64,000 bases of DNA from Rebecca billardiae RCC1528 (taxonomy: Eukaryota > Protista > Haptophyta): contig OZ251232.1 in the NCBI GenBank assembly GCA_965240325.2, positions 186,001 through 250,000 of the forward strand, in the 5' to 3' direction. Below the pieces are notes generated by a model, which worked only from the letters and a program-made list of their open reading frames with translations, made no database searches and was not told where the DNA came from. Each line of letters opens with the position of its first letter. Position 1 is the first letter of the stretch. Of the stretch, positions 10,336-20,960 are shown piece after piece. A program made the position numbers and the translations under genes.

Positions 10336-11244
10336 GGCCTGTTTTATTTCTACCAGATTCCATTTACCATGTCACGGCGACAAACCGTTGCTCGCCAGTG
10401 GGAATCGGTGTCACGCCCCGTTGGGTGTACCTCTCACCGCCGATGGCGGCCCCCACGTGCGCGAGGAACGCGATTCCTGCACTCCTCGGTGACCGGTGAG
10501 TGCAGGAATCCAGTTGCGGCTCTCGTCCGCCTCGTCATTGTCGCACACGAGGTACACCCAACACCATGGGTCGGATCCTAGAACTCTCCGCGCGCTCGCG
10601 CCCGCGCGGCGAGGCACTGGCAGGCTTGTTCTCATCATCTTGTCCAAGACTGCAGCCTGCTAGATGCGCGAGGACGCGTGTGCACGCCTTTCCGCGCGTC
10701 ATGGGTGCGCGTGGCACGCACCTTGTCGTCATCTACGCCGAGGAGGCTTAAGCAACCGGCCCACCAACCTGCCGTGACCACGTTCAAATGCAGGCGGCAA
10801 GCTGCATGCGAGCGCACGCAACGGAAACATCTCACGCTCGACAAGGAAGTGGTGGCGGACCGAGTAGAGCTGGAATCATTTGCAGTCCATCTGTTGTTCA
10901 ACGATCCTGGTTCACCAGCTGACACGGGCGCGACGCAGCCAAGGCAGAGTGCTTGCAGCTTGCAGCGCGCCCGCAACTACTCGGCGGTCTGCCGCCGCGG
11001 CGCGGCGATCCGGTCACACTGCCGTGTGCTGCGAGTGACCTCTGTGTCATGGCGAAGCAAGCAGCATGTCTTGGCAACACCTTTCGCTACAGCTCAGCGC
11101 CCAATTACGACCATGCGCCAACGACGTGCCATCACTACTCCGCAATCGCGCCGGCACCCACCACCAGCGGGCAAGCCGCAAGCCGCCATTTTACCGCGTT
11201 TTGGCGAATGTCGCCGTTGGGCTCTCGTAGAAATAAAACAGGCC
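10336..11244. mobile_element. MITE-like element (~0.9 kb) with 18-bp TIRs, PIF/Harbinger(Tourist)-like ends
   Basis: GGCCTGTTTTATTTCTAC (10336-10353) and its perfect reverse complement (11227-11244); CTCA flanks both ends as a putative TSD; no credible internal ORF. Confidence 0.65.
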
Positions 11245-11557
11245 CTCAGGCCAGCAACGGCCACGGGCAACTGCTTTGTGACCAGTGCCAGGCAGTGCGG
11301 GCCGCCTAGCCGTCGTGCGCGATTGGGCGCTATGTGCAGCGACCTCAGCAAAGGCGCCATCGTCAGCGCCATCGTGGCACAAAACGGTTCAGCTTTGTAA
11401 GCTACCAGGCGGAGATCGCCCAAATCAACCGCCAGATTGAAGGCGGTTTGCGGTCGTTATTAGTCAGCACCGTGCCGTTTCACGCGGGCGGATCTCGCGT
11501 CATCAGCAGCCGGCCCCCCCACTGCTGGACCCAGAGCGCCGCCAAGCCCTGCCAAGC

Positions 11558-12442
11558 ATGCCCACCGCCGAGGAGCGCCGCGCCGAGAAGGAGCGCCAGG
11601 AAGCTGAGATTCGCAAGAAGAATGCGATGATGCAGAAAACGCTCAAGCACACGGGCTCGCGCTCGGACATGGGCCTGTCGCCCGAGGTGGAGCAGGCGCG
11701 CAAGATGGTCGCCGAGCAGTCCAACCGCGAGAAGGAGATGCGCGAGGCGCAGCTGCGCATGCAGAACAAGGAGATGCAGGAGCGGGTGAAGAGCTCGACG
11801 GGGCGCGACGAGAAGGCGCTTGATCCCGAGGTCGAGCGCCAGCGCTCGCTCAACGCCAAGCAGGCCGAGCGGCAGAAGTCGGCGACCAAGGAGGACTTGG
11901 CCAAGCACGCGGCGGCGCTCGCCGAGCGCGTCGCGTCGACTGGGATCCGCTCGGATGTGGCGCTCACGCCCGAGGTGGAGGAGGCGCGGAGGAAGGCCGC
12001 CGAGGAGCGCGCGCGGCAGAAGGCCGCGCAGGAGGCCGAGATGCGCAAACGGAACAAAGACTTCTCCGAGAAGCTTGCGTCCACGCCCGCAAAGGATGCA
12101 AAGTCGTTGCCGCCTGAGACCGAGGCGGCGCGGCAGAGGGCGGCGGAGGACGCGCTGAGGCAGAAGGAGGAGCGCGAGGCGCGGCTGCGCGAGCAGAACA
12201 AGGAGCTGTACACCAAGGTCAAGTCGACCACCGGCCGCGACGAGAAGGGCCTTACGCCGGACGTGGAGGAGGCGCGTGCCAAGGCGGCCGCGGACCGCAA
12301 GCGCGAGGAGGAGGAGAGGAAGCGCGCGCTGGCCGAGCACAAGGCGACGCTTGAGGAGAAGGTGAAGAACACGCCGATGCGCACCGAGGTCAAGCTCGCC
12401 GACGAGACCGAGGAGCGACGCAAGCGCCTCGGCCTCGCCTGA
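11558..12442 (+). CDS. 294-aa charged helical protein with six 48-aa repeats, unknown function
   Basis: Strong host codon bias (AAG/GAG, GC3); repeat core [LI]RxxNxx[MLF]xx[KR][VL]x[ST][ST]xxRxxxxLxP[ED][VT]E. Confidence 0.85.
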   Translation: MPTAEERRAEKERQEAEIRKKNAMMQKTLKHTGSRSDMGLSPEVEQARKMVAEQSNREKEMREAQLRMQNKEMQERVKSSTGRDEKALDPEVERQRSLNAKQAERQKSATKEDLAKHAAALAERVASTGIRSDVALTPEVEEARRKAAEERARQKAAQEAEMRKRNKDFSEKLASTPAKDAKSLPPETEAARQRAAEDALRQKEEREARLREQNKELYTKVKSTTGRDEKGLTPDVEEARAKAAADRKREEEERKRALAEHKATLEEKVKNTPMRTEVKLADETEERRKRLGLA

Positions 12443-12987
12443 CACATCGCGCACGCGTGCCCAGCTCTGGGCCTCGGCCGCGGCGGCGGCAGCAGCCGGG
12501 TGACGCCGCCGCCAGTAGTAGCTTATTGTGTCGCCGCCCCGGCCGTCGTCAACGCCCGGCGGAGCCGGAGACGGCCGCATCGGCATCACCCTTCGGAAAC
12601 CACACGCAGCTGTCAGCGCTAACAGCAGTCTTGCCAGGCGCAAGGCTGGGCCCGCCCAGCGCGGCAGGCCGCAGGCGGCGCGTCGCCGCACCACGGACCG
12701 CCACCGCTCACGGCTCAGACGCAGTTGCGCGCGGCCGCGGGCTAGCGGGCTGCGCCGGGGGCACTGGTGACTGGGGCCCGTCCCGACGGCGGGAGCGCCG
12801 CTATGGCATCCTGCATGAGGCTGATGACGTATTGATGACGGAGTCTGATCCGGCCGCCGACTCTGACGGATGCGTAGAGAGCGTCATACTGCTTCTATAT
12901 ATAATATATATATAGCTCTATATATTAATTATGTAATGAGACATATATTATTATTATATAATGATATAAGCTGATATATATGATTAT

Positions 12988-13029
12988 TATATATTATAAC
13001 TAGTATATATATACTAGTTATAATATATA
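12988..13029. repeat. 42-bp perfect AT-rich palindrome within an AT island
   Basis: TATATATTATAACTAGTATATATATACTAGTTATAATATATA equals its own reverse complement. Confidence 0.85.
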
Positions 13030-13166
13030 TACTATGTCATCGTAGTCAGTGATTGCGTCATCGGCGCGCAGAATAAGACGAGGCCATCCCTGACTTCAGA
13101 CTTGATAGTATCATTTAAATGATAGTTGATGGTCTTGGCGACCCGACGGCAGCGAACCGCCGAACG

Positions 13167-14555
13167 TCACATTGTATGTGTGTCGTCGTCGTGACCGGAC
13201 CTGCCATAAGCCATCACCGGCGGTGGCCGTTGTAGGCGGTGAGCTTCGCCATCGGGCTCGGCATCGCCATCGTACTCAGAACGCCTCGTCGACATCGGCA
13301 TCGAACTGCTACCGCTGCGGCGCGGGGCGGCAGTCAGCACACTACGAGTACGACGGCGGCGAGGCGGACGGCGAGGCGGGCGCCTACTGCTTGATGAGGC
13401 GGGCACGTGTGTCAAATGATTCCTGCCCACGGCCGCCTGCGCCGAGCGGGACTCGGCCCCCTCGACTGCCGCACCCGCCGGCCCCAGCTCGGCGCGCAGC
13501 GCGGCCACTTTTGCCCGGTAGCAGTCCAGGCCCGCGCCCCCGGGCCTGCTCCGCGCGCGCTCAGCCTGCTCGATCTGGGCGCTCAGCCGGTCCTCGAGCG
13601 CGTGGGCGTAAAGCTCGAGGTCGACGCGCACGAGCGAGGCGGCGGCGGCGCGCGCCGTCGCGCTCAGGTCGGCCAGCGAGTGCTTTGGCAGGCCGTGCGT
13701 CACGCGCGTGAGCTTGGGCGCGCTGCGCGCCGCCTTGTGCGTCGGCGCACACTCGCAGTGCGCCGGCAGTGCGCCCAGCGCGTGCGCGGCGAACAGGCAG
13801 ACGCTCTGAGGGTACAGCTCCGTCACGCCGACGAACGCAAAGCGGGCGAGGCCCGCCTTCGCGCGGGTGAGGTCACCGGGCACGTCCGAGCGGCGCACGT
13901 GCCACGCGCTCACGTTCGTCGAGACGTAGCGCGACTGCACATCAATAGGAATGTACCCGTGCGGACCGAGCCCGCTGTCCAGCCGCCGGGCCGAGGGCGG
14001 AGCCGCCAGCTGGCGCGCAAGGTCTGCGGCCCACGTGCCGAAGCCGAGGTGCGCGGGGGCGCACGGCGGCCTGTGCGGCGAGCGTGACGCCCCGCGCGCC
14101 GCGTGCGGGTAGCACTTGGACATGATGAACTGCGAGTACGCCAGCCCGATTGGGTTTCGGAGCAGCACAATAAGCTGCGCGCCGTGCGCCTTGCGCAGCG
14201 AGACGGTGCGTGGGTCGAGCACGGCCTTCTCCTGGCTGCCGCGCAGCGTTGAGCCGACGGGCATGGCATGGGGCGAGTCCTTCATGAACGACACCCCCGC
14301 CGCCTTGGGGATGTGCACGAAGAGGTAGTGGCGCGAGGGCGCGCTCACGCGTGGCACCTTGCCATGCCACACGATGTGGTCGGTGCGCGACAGCCGGCGC
14401 CTCGCCGCCCTGCGCCCGGTGGGCGCAGGGGTGGGTGGGGCCCACAGGCTCAGCTCTGACCCGCGCGCCGAGATGTTGCGCACTGTGCCTGTGCATGGTT
14501 GGACCAAACACACCAAGAGCAACAAGGCCGCCGAGCGTGCGGCGGCGGCGGCCAT
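13167..14555 (-). CDS. Secreted/Golgi sulfotransferase-like protein (3' end uncertain)
   Basis: Signal peptide; 5'-PAPS loop YLFVHIPKAAGVSF; 3'-PB motif LLRNPIGLAYSQF; FAFVGVTE and DLELY. Confidence 0.75.
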   Translation of the reverse strand: MAAAAARSAALLLLVCLVQPCTGTVRNISARGSELSLWAPPTPAPTGRRAARRRLSRTDHIVWHGKVPRVSAPSRHYLFVHIPKAAGVSFMKDSPHAMPVGSTLRGSQEKAVLDPRTVSLRKAHGAQLIVLLRNPIGLAYSQFIMSKCYPHAARGASRSPHRPPCAPAHLGFGTWAADLARQLAAPPSARRLDSGLGPHGYIPIDVQSRYVSTNVSAWHVRRSDVPGDLTRAKAGLARFAFVGVTELYPQSVCLFAAHALGALPAHCECAPTHKAARSAPKLTRVTHGLPKHSLADLSATARAAAASLVRVDLELYAHALEDRLSAQIEQAERARSRPGGAGLDCYRAKVAALRAELGPAGAAVEGAESRSAQAAVGRNHLTHVPASSSSRRPPRRPPRRRRTRSVLTAAPRRSGSSSMPMSTRRSEYDGDAEPDGEAHRLQRPPPVMAYGRSGHDDDTHTM

Positions 14556-14831
14556 CGTTCATGCATCATCTCTGCATCGCGACCAAACAACGACGCCGAG
14601 AAAAAAATCATGGAAAATGAACAATGCGCTTGGACCCGGACAGCCCTGCCACCGGCCCACCTGCCGCCGCCGGCCCAACGCTGCGCCCGCCTGCCCGCCT
14701 CTGACCAATGACGTGGCTCGTGGCGAAAGATGAGTGGCGACTGGCGAGTTTTGATGAACAGAAAAGGATGCCGGCCCCTGGGAGCCATCATCATCACCTG
14801 CGCGTGCGTTCACAGGCCTCGTCAAGGAGCC

Positions 14832-16088
14832 ATGTCGGCCGCGCGACGGCGCGGCGGCGCACGCCGCGGCGAGCAGCCCCGCGCGAAGCGGCCGGAGACG
14901 CAGCGGCCGTGGTGGTCGCGCGTGCTCCTCGCGCTGGTCGCGCTGCTCGTCGCGCGATACGTCCTCCGCGCCTTCAGCTCGAGCGCGGGGCGTGGCGGTG
15001 ATGCATACAGCGGCTCGATCGTGCGCGTGGATGGCGAGCTCGCGCTCGTGCTCGCGCTGCCGACGCTCGAGGAGCCGGAGCACGTCTCGCTCCTCGCGGG
15101 GGGGACGCGGGTGATTCGCTCGTCCAAGCGGCTCGCGCTCGCCGACCCGCTCTTCGAGCTCGTCCGCACGCACCGCTCGCTCTCGCGACACGAGGTGTGC
15201 CACACGTTTGCGCTCGCGCTGCTCGCGCGCGCGTGCGCGAGCGGCGACGTGACGCGCCCGCTCGCGCGGCTCGAGATGGACGACGACGCGGACGAGATGT
15301 ACCGCCGCCTCTTCGCCGCGCCGCCGCCGCGCGCCGGCTCCGAGTACCTCGTCGACCTCAACCTGGCCGGTGTCGGCCACCAGCTGATCATGCATGTGCT
15401 GCACACCTCGGTCGGCGTGCGCGCGCGCCTGCTGCAGGCGCACGTCGTGGCGGACGACGCGCCGGAGCCGTCGGGCTTCAGCGCGCTGGACTGGCTCAGC
15501 GGCGGCCGCTTCGCCAAGGCGATCGGCCCGGGCTGCCGCTGGCTCGACGCCGACGCGCTCAAAGCGTACGCGCGGCGGCTCGTCCGTCTGCGCTCGCTCG
15601 TGCTGCGGCTGGCCGAGTCCGACCTGCTCGACTGCGCGCGCGCCGCGGGCAAGATGAGCCGCTCGGCGCAGCGGCGCTGGGCGGCGGAGAAAGTGGAGAC
15701 GCTGGGGGACAGCACGCTCATCATGCAGCCCGTCTGGAGCACCCTCGACGAGTACGCGCGCATCGTGCGCGCGGAGGGCCTCCCGGTGCACGTGAACATC
15801 TACGCGCTCAACGGCCGGCGCGACGTGCAGCCCGAGCAGCTGCTCGACTTCCCGCTCGAGCAGGCGCGGCCCATCATGCGGCTGTACCGCGAGCTGTTCG
15901 GCGCGGACGCGATGCCGCACGCGTTCCTCCGCGCGGTCGAGTGGTACGGCGAGCCGGGCGCGTGGGAGGCGTCGGTGCACGCCCTCAAGCCGGAGCTTAG
16001 CAGCCGCGCGCTGCACAAGCTGCCGCCGCGCGAGCAGCAGTCGCAGCAGCAGCAGCCCCCGCGAGCGAGGCCGAGCGACGGCAGCTGA
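14832..16088 (+). CDS. Hypothetical type II membrane protein
   Basis: Basic N-terminus, then TM helix WWSRVLLALVALLVARYVL and a globular region with host-like codon usage; family not recognised. Confidence 0.7.
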   Translation: MSAARRRGGARRGEQPRAKRPETQRPWWSRVLLALVALLVARYVLRAFSSSAGRGGDAYSGSIVRVDGELALVLALPTLEEPEHVSLLAGGTRVIRSSKRLALADPLFELVRTHRSLSRHEVCHTFALALLARACASGDVTRPLARLEMDDDADEMYRRLFAAPPPRAGSEYLVDLNLAGVGHQLIMHVLHTSVGVRARLLQAHVVADDAPEPSGFSALDWLSGGRFAKAIGPGCRWLDADALKAYARRLVRLRSLVLRLAESDLLDCARAAGKMSRSAQRRWAAEKVETLGDSTLIMQPVWSTLDEYARIVRAEGLPVHVNIYALNGRRDVQPEQLLDFPLEQARPIMRLYRELFGADAMPHAFLRAVEWYGEPGAWEASVHALKPELSSRALHKLPPREQQSQQQQPPRARPSDGS

Positions 16089-16457
16089 TTGCTGAAATGT
16101 GGATCATCGATGACAGGATGATTGTCAGCAGCGCGCGGAGCAGTCCGCGCCTCGATCATGCTGTGCCAGTGACTGCCAGCGGCAGTCCGAGTCGTGTCCG
16201 CACGGAGCCTACGAGTACTCTCTACGACGGTGTCCGCGGTCACTGGTGACGGTGCCTGATAATAATCACGACTGATATCGGTCAGCTGATGTATGCTGAT
16301 GAGACTATGCGATGACGTACTCAGTTCACGGCGACGCGCGATCAGGGCCAGAGGGCCCAGCCTGGTTCCAACGTTCGCTGAAAATGCTCAATGGCCGCGA
16401 ATCTGACGCGTCGGCGCGCCGAATCGGCGTAGCCGCATATATATATTGCGCGGAGTG

Positions 16458-17168
16458 TCACCTGAGCCGACGATCTCCGTTTGCGGCGGCGACTGCCCTG
16501 ATCACGATGGGGACGACCACGTACCCGACGATGCACAGAACAACCAAAGCAAGGAGCAGGCGCAGCTTGACGTTGCGCATCCACATCGTCCGCTTCAGGT
16601 CGACCGCCTGCCGCTGGAACGTCTGCGCCTCATTCCGCAGCGCGTCCGTCTTGTCCTCGAGCACCTCAAGGTTCTCGTGCGTCGCGAGGATCTGACTGAT
16701 GTTCTCGTGCATGATGTTCTGGACCTCCTCGACCTGGTGGATGACGCCAACCGCCTTGTCCACGCGGGTGACGTCGTCATAGTGCGTGCAGAGCTCGAGC
16801 ATCGTCCGCTTCGCGCGTGCTGTCAGCCCGTTCTCAGCGGCAGTCTCGAGCGTGTCGCCAAACTGGTCTTCAAAGCGCGTCTTGAGCTCCTCGAGGAAGC
16901 GGAAGGCAGTGCGCTGCGGGTAGTCGGGTGCGGTGATGACAATGTAGATCGCCCGCGCATCCGTCACGTAGTGCAGTGTACCCACCTCCTTGTCTGTGAT
17001 CGTGAGCCGCGGGTGCTCGGCCACTTTCGACGATCGAAGCACCTTGTCAACGACTGCGTGGAAGTGCGCTGGCATGCCGCCCTGGTTGCAGTGGACGTAG
17101 TTTGCCACGACCACCTTGTCAGACAGCCGCCCCACGGCGCAGTGCCTGACATTCGTCAGCAGGCTCAT
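16458..17168 (-). CDS. Longin R-SNARE, VAMP7/VAMP71-72 family
   Basis: Longin domain (YPQRTAFRFLEEL), synaptobrevin coil (VEEVQNIMHENISQIL...LEVLEDKTDALRNEAQTFQRQAVDLKRTMW) and C-terminal TM helix. Confidence 0.9.
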   Translation of the reverse strand: MSLLTNVRHCAVGRLSDKVVVANYVHCNQGGMPAHFHAVVDKVLRSSKVAEHPRLTITDKEVGTLHYVTDARAIYIVITAPDYPQRTAFRFLEELKTRFEDQFGDTLETAAENGLTARAKRTMLELCTHYDDVTRVDKAVGVIHQVEEVQNIMHENISQILATHENLEVLEDKTDALRNEAQTFQRQAVDLKRTMWMRNVKLRLLLALVVLCIVGYVVVPIVIRAVAAANGDRRLR

Positions 17169-17294
17169 CCCCGTCGGCCGCCCTGCGGCGGCGGATGGAG
17201 TGCCCGCACTGGCAAAGGCTTTTGGATGTGAGTGGTGGACTCCAGACCTTTCGGTTTGGGGGCTGGAACCAGTAATTCTGCCAGTGGGCACTGG

Positions 17295-19302
17295 GGGGGC
17301 TGGCCAGGGTAGGGCTGGAGGCTTCGGCCGCCAGTCTGATCACCCGGAGCCCGTTATAAAGGGGAATTTAAATAACTGGGCAGTCCTTGGCGGATTTGAG
17401 AAGGCGTGATTCGAATAGTGAATACAGTGACGGTATGTTTGACTCGCGTGAAGCCGGCATAGGTGGGTGCGGCCGCCCGGCGAAGCCGCACGAAGCCGGT
17501 GAAGCGGGCGCGCGGTGGCCACGGTCGCGGCGATCCGCGCAGTCTAGCGGGTGGCGAGGCGACAGTGGGCGCGTCCCAGTCGGTCGCCGACGTGCCGCGC
17601 CCTGCCGACCAGCCGCCTTGACGCGATGGCCCGCCGACCCCCGGCGTCCGCCTGGGCCACGTGCACGCGGCGATTTGAATGAGGCGCGCGCTGCCGGCTG
17701 GCAAGGAATTCGACGAGGGCGAGGACGAGGGTGATGAGGAATGGATGGCCGTAGACACTGTGAGCGCTGGCCTCTCTGCTGACTCCACAGCGCCGCACGC
17801 GCACACGTGCAAGCACCCGTCTGGTGCGCCTCTGCATGGCAGAAGGCGGATCGTCTGTGGTGAAGTGATCCGGAGATCCCTGGCGTTGAGTCGCCCCCTT
17901 CGGCGGAGGCAAGTTGGCGAGGAGTGTGTGCCGACCCGTGCTTCGCCGCGGACCCATCCGCGTGTGGCCCCGCGACGTGCGGTCTCGCTGCGCCCCCGCC
18001 CAGCATTGCTTGGTGCAGGGCTACCTGGCCGCACACTCGTCAGCAACAGGCTGACGCGGCGACCTGCGGCTCCAAATGGCAGCAGCGGCGGGGTGCTGGT
18101 GGAAGAGCGCCATGCCTTACATAGCCACGGTGTGCGGTCGGCAGGTGCCATCGCCAGTGACCGCCGAGCGGCGACGGCTGAGCTGAGCTGCATGGCGACT
18201 GCGGAGCCCGCCGAGCGTCGAGCCGCGCTCCGCGCCCGGTCGCCCGAATCGGCTGAGGGCAATCGCGTGGACGGAGTCGGCAGCCTCAGGCCTGCTCGGT
18301 TGGTCCGCTCACCCCGCTGCCGCCAGCAAGGAGACTATGCGCTTAGGCTACCGCACATGAGACAGTATACGTATGATCGTCGCCGTGCGGTGAATCTCTG
18401 GCTGCCCGCGCGCGCGGCGGTCCGCATGCACGGTGGGTGGGCTGATCTGTGATCTGGGCTGATCTGTGATCATCAAGGTCACAGCTTCCGCCCGCCGATG
18501 TTGCTCAATGGCGGCTGACCGTGGGGGTGACTGTGGAGCTGGGGGTGGGAGGTGGGGCATGACGCTCTCCTACTCTTGCCGCAAGGTCCCTCGCGGTCGT
18601 CCCGCGCAGCGATTCCCGCACTCGCCCCTCGCCGTCATCACGCGCCCTCAGCGGCACCCCGCTGCGCGGCGGCGCGCCCAACCCAGCCGGGCGGGGCACG
18701 CGCTCGCGTTTGCTCCCACCTCGCCCTCGAGACGAGCGCGGGCGGCGGGGCTCCTCCTCCTCCTCCTCTTCCTCCTCCTCTTGCGCGCGCCAGCGCCGGC
18801 GGGGCGGCTCCTCCTCCTCCTCCTCCTCCTCCTCATCCTCGCCGGCGCCGCGGCCGCCGGCAGCGGCGGCGCCGCTGGCGCCGCCGCTGGAGAGGGGCCG
18901 CCGAGGGCCAAGAGGGGCGGGAGGGGCGGCAAGGAGCGCGGCCTGGAATGACCTGCGCGAGCACGGGTGTCGCCGTCGCCGATGGCGACGGCTGTCGCCG
19001 GCTGTCGCCGATGGCGACGGCGCCGGCGCGAATGGCAGCACGGACGGTCGCGGGCGCGTCGTCCATGCTGGCTTCAGCGCGGCTTCAGCCCGCTTCAGCG
19101 GGCTTCAGCGGGCGTGAAGCCGCGCTGAAGCCGCACTGCGCGTCGCTTCAACATTGTGCTGTATTGTTGCCCCAAACCGTATCTGGCTTCACCCTCTACT
19201 AGTAGTATAGAACGTATACATTTTTTAAAATTCCCCTTTATAACGGGCTCCGGGTGATCAGACTGGCGGCCGAAGCCTCCAGCCCTACCCTGGCCAGCCC
19301 CC
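17295..19302. mobile_element. Non-autonomous DNA transposon (~2 kb) with 75-bp perfect TIRs (MULE/foldback-like)
   Basis: 17295-17369 (GGGGGCTGGCCAGGGTAGGG...GGGGAATTT) is the reverse complement of 19228-19302; the interior has only low-complexity fragments; no clear TSD. Confidence 0.8.
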
Positions 19303-19464
19303 AACCAACCACCACTTACAGTACAGTTTATTTGTTTTAACGTGCGTAAGGCTCACGGTGGCAGTACAGTACCCCCATCAAGTCCATCACGGCAAGCTAG
19401 CAGCGAGCGATGGTGGGATGGCGGCCGTCAGCATGGTCGCCGCCGTCGCAATGATTGCGACGCA

Positions 19465-20409
19465 ATGCCCGTCGCAATGACCGCCGCCGCCGTCGCAATG
19501 GTGGCGACCATGCTGATTGCTTCCGCTATCGACGGTGCCCACCGGCACGGCGTCGGCACCCCTGCACAAAAGGATGGCTTTGCACGCGCGCGCGATCTGC
19601 TCGCGTCTATCGAGTGCACTCAGGCCATCGGAGCGATGCTCAACAACACGCCGTGGACGAACGGCACGGCAGGGCGCGCGATGACGACGATCCTGCACGC
19701 TCCGAATCTGCGCCTGGTGTACGTGCGGAACCCGAAGGCAGCGTCGAGCTCGGTGGTCCAAGTGCTGCGCCACCTGGATCCTGACGCAAACCAGCGCAGG
19801 GAGCGATGGGTAGATTACGCATGGAGGAAGCAGTGGAGGGCAAGAGCGCCACCGAAGGCCACCTTCTACTTCACATTTGTGCGCGAGCCGATCGCTTCCT
19901 TCCTCAGCGCCTATCGCGAGGTGAGCTTGCGATGGCTCAAGCTTCGCACGAATCGACCGACCGTGACGCGCGGGCCGGGCGCGTCCGAGGCCTATGGGCT
20001 GGACTGCGCGCGCTCGCCCACACAACGGCTGGCTGCGTTCGTGCGCGATGTTGTGAGCTTCAACGACCTTGGCTACCAGGCCTACCACGCGTGGCCGCAG
20101 ACGGTCAAGATCTTCGTGCGCGCGCCGGCCGGGCGTCCGACACTCGACTTTGTCGGCAGGGTCGAGCACTTTGCCGACGACTTGCTCGAGCTGCTCGCGA
20201 GCGTCGGCGTCACGAACGCCACACGCGCTGAGCTGGACGAGATCCGGCAGAACGCAGACAAGGCCCACAAGAGCAGGTGCACAGCCGCCGACCGCGAGGC
20301 GACGGAGCATGTCGACTCGCGCACGCGCGCGGCGATCGCGGCGTATGTGCACGCGGACTGCGTGTGCTTGGCGCCGTCGTACGGTGGCTGCAGAGCGGAC
20401 ATGGGCTGA
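19465..20409 (+). CDS. Sulfotransferase family 2 (carbohydrate sulfotransferase-like)
   Basis: N-terminal hydrophobic anchor; LVYVRNPKAASSSV; FTFVREPIASFLSAY; LDFVGRVEHFADDL. Confidence 0.85.
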   Translation: MPVAMTAAAVAMVATMLIASAIDGAHRHGVGTPAQKDGFARARDLLASIECTQAIGAMLNNTPWTNGTAGRAMTTILHAPNLRLVYVRNPKAASSSVVQVLRHLDPDANQRRERWVDYAWRKQWRARAPPKATFYFTFVREPIASFLSAYREVSLRWLKLRTNRPTVTRGPGASEAYGLDCARSPTQRLAAFVRDVVSFNDLGYQAYHAWPQTVKIFVRAPAGRPTLDFVGRVEHFADDLLELLASVGVTNATRAELDEIRQNADKAHKSRCTAADREATEHVDSRTRAAIAAYVHADCVCLAPSYGGCRADMG

Positions 20410-20960
20410 GCCGCGCGACGCCAACGGAGCCTGCGTGGTACGTTGTCGTACTATGAAGTACCATGTCGCGATTGTGTTGACTCCTCCGCGGTCTACATAA
20501 TGGCTCGTACCGGTGGCCGCTGTGAGAGAGTGTCGGACGCGGTCCGGGCCGCCCGGCCCCGCGTCGGGCCGCCGTTGGTCTGCGCCGACTAACTCTCTGA
20601 GTCTGAGTGCAGCCCAGTGCCAGCGGCCCCTGAACGAGCGGTCATCAATCGGGTAGCAAGAATTGGCACGCTCCGCCTGATGACCGAGGACTGATCTAAT
20701 CTCGCGCAAGACAGGGCCGTCGTCCACGATCGGGCCGCGCGGCATCGTTCCTGCGTCTCGTGTCCGTACTCAACCCGCCATGTGCGTCGTCAATTGCAAT
20801 GATTGTCGAAGACGGCTGATTTGTGATTTCAGACTGCCACTGGCGGCAATAAGAAATCACGAGAGGGAAAAGCGCCGAAGAGGCTCGTTGCTCTCAGAGC
20901 AAATTGGCCGGCGGACACGCTGTGCGAGCTTGGTGCGAGGCGGAGCGCCATCGCTCCAAG

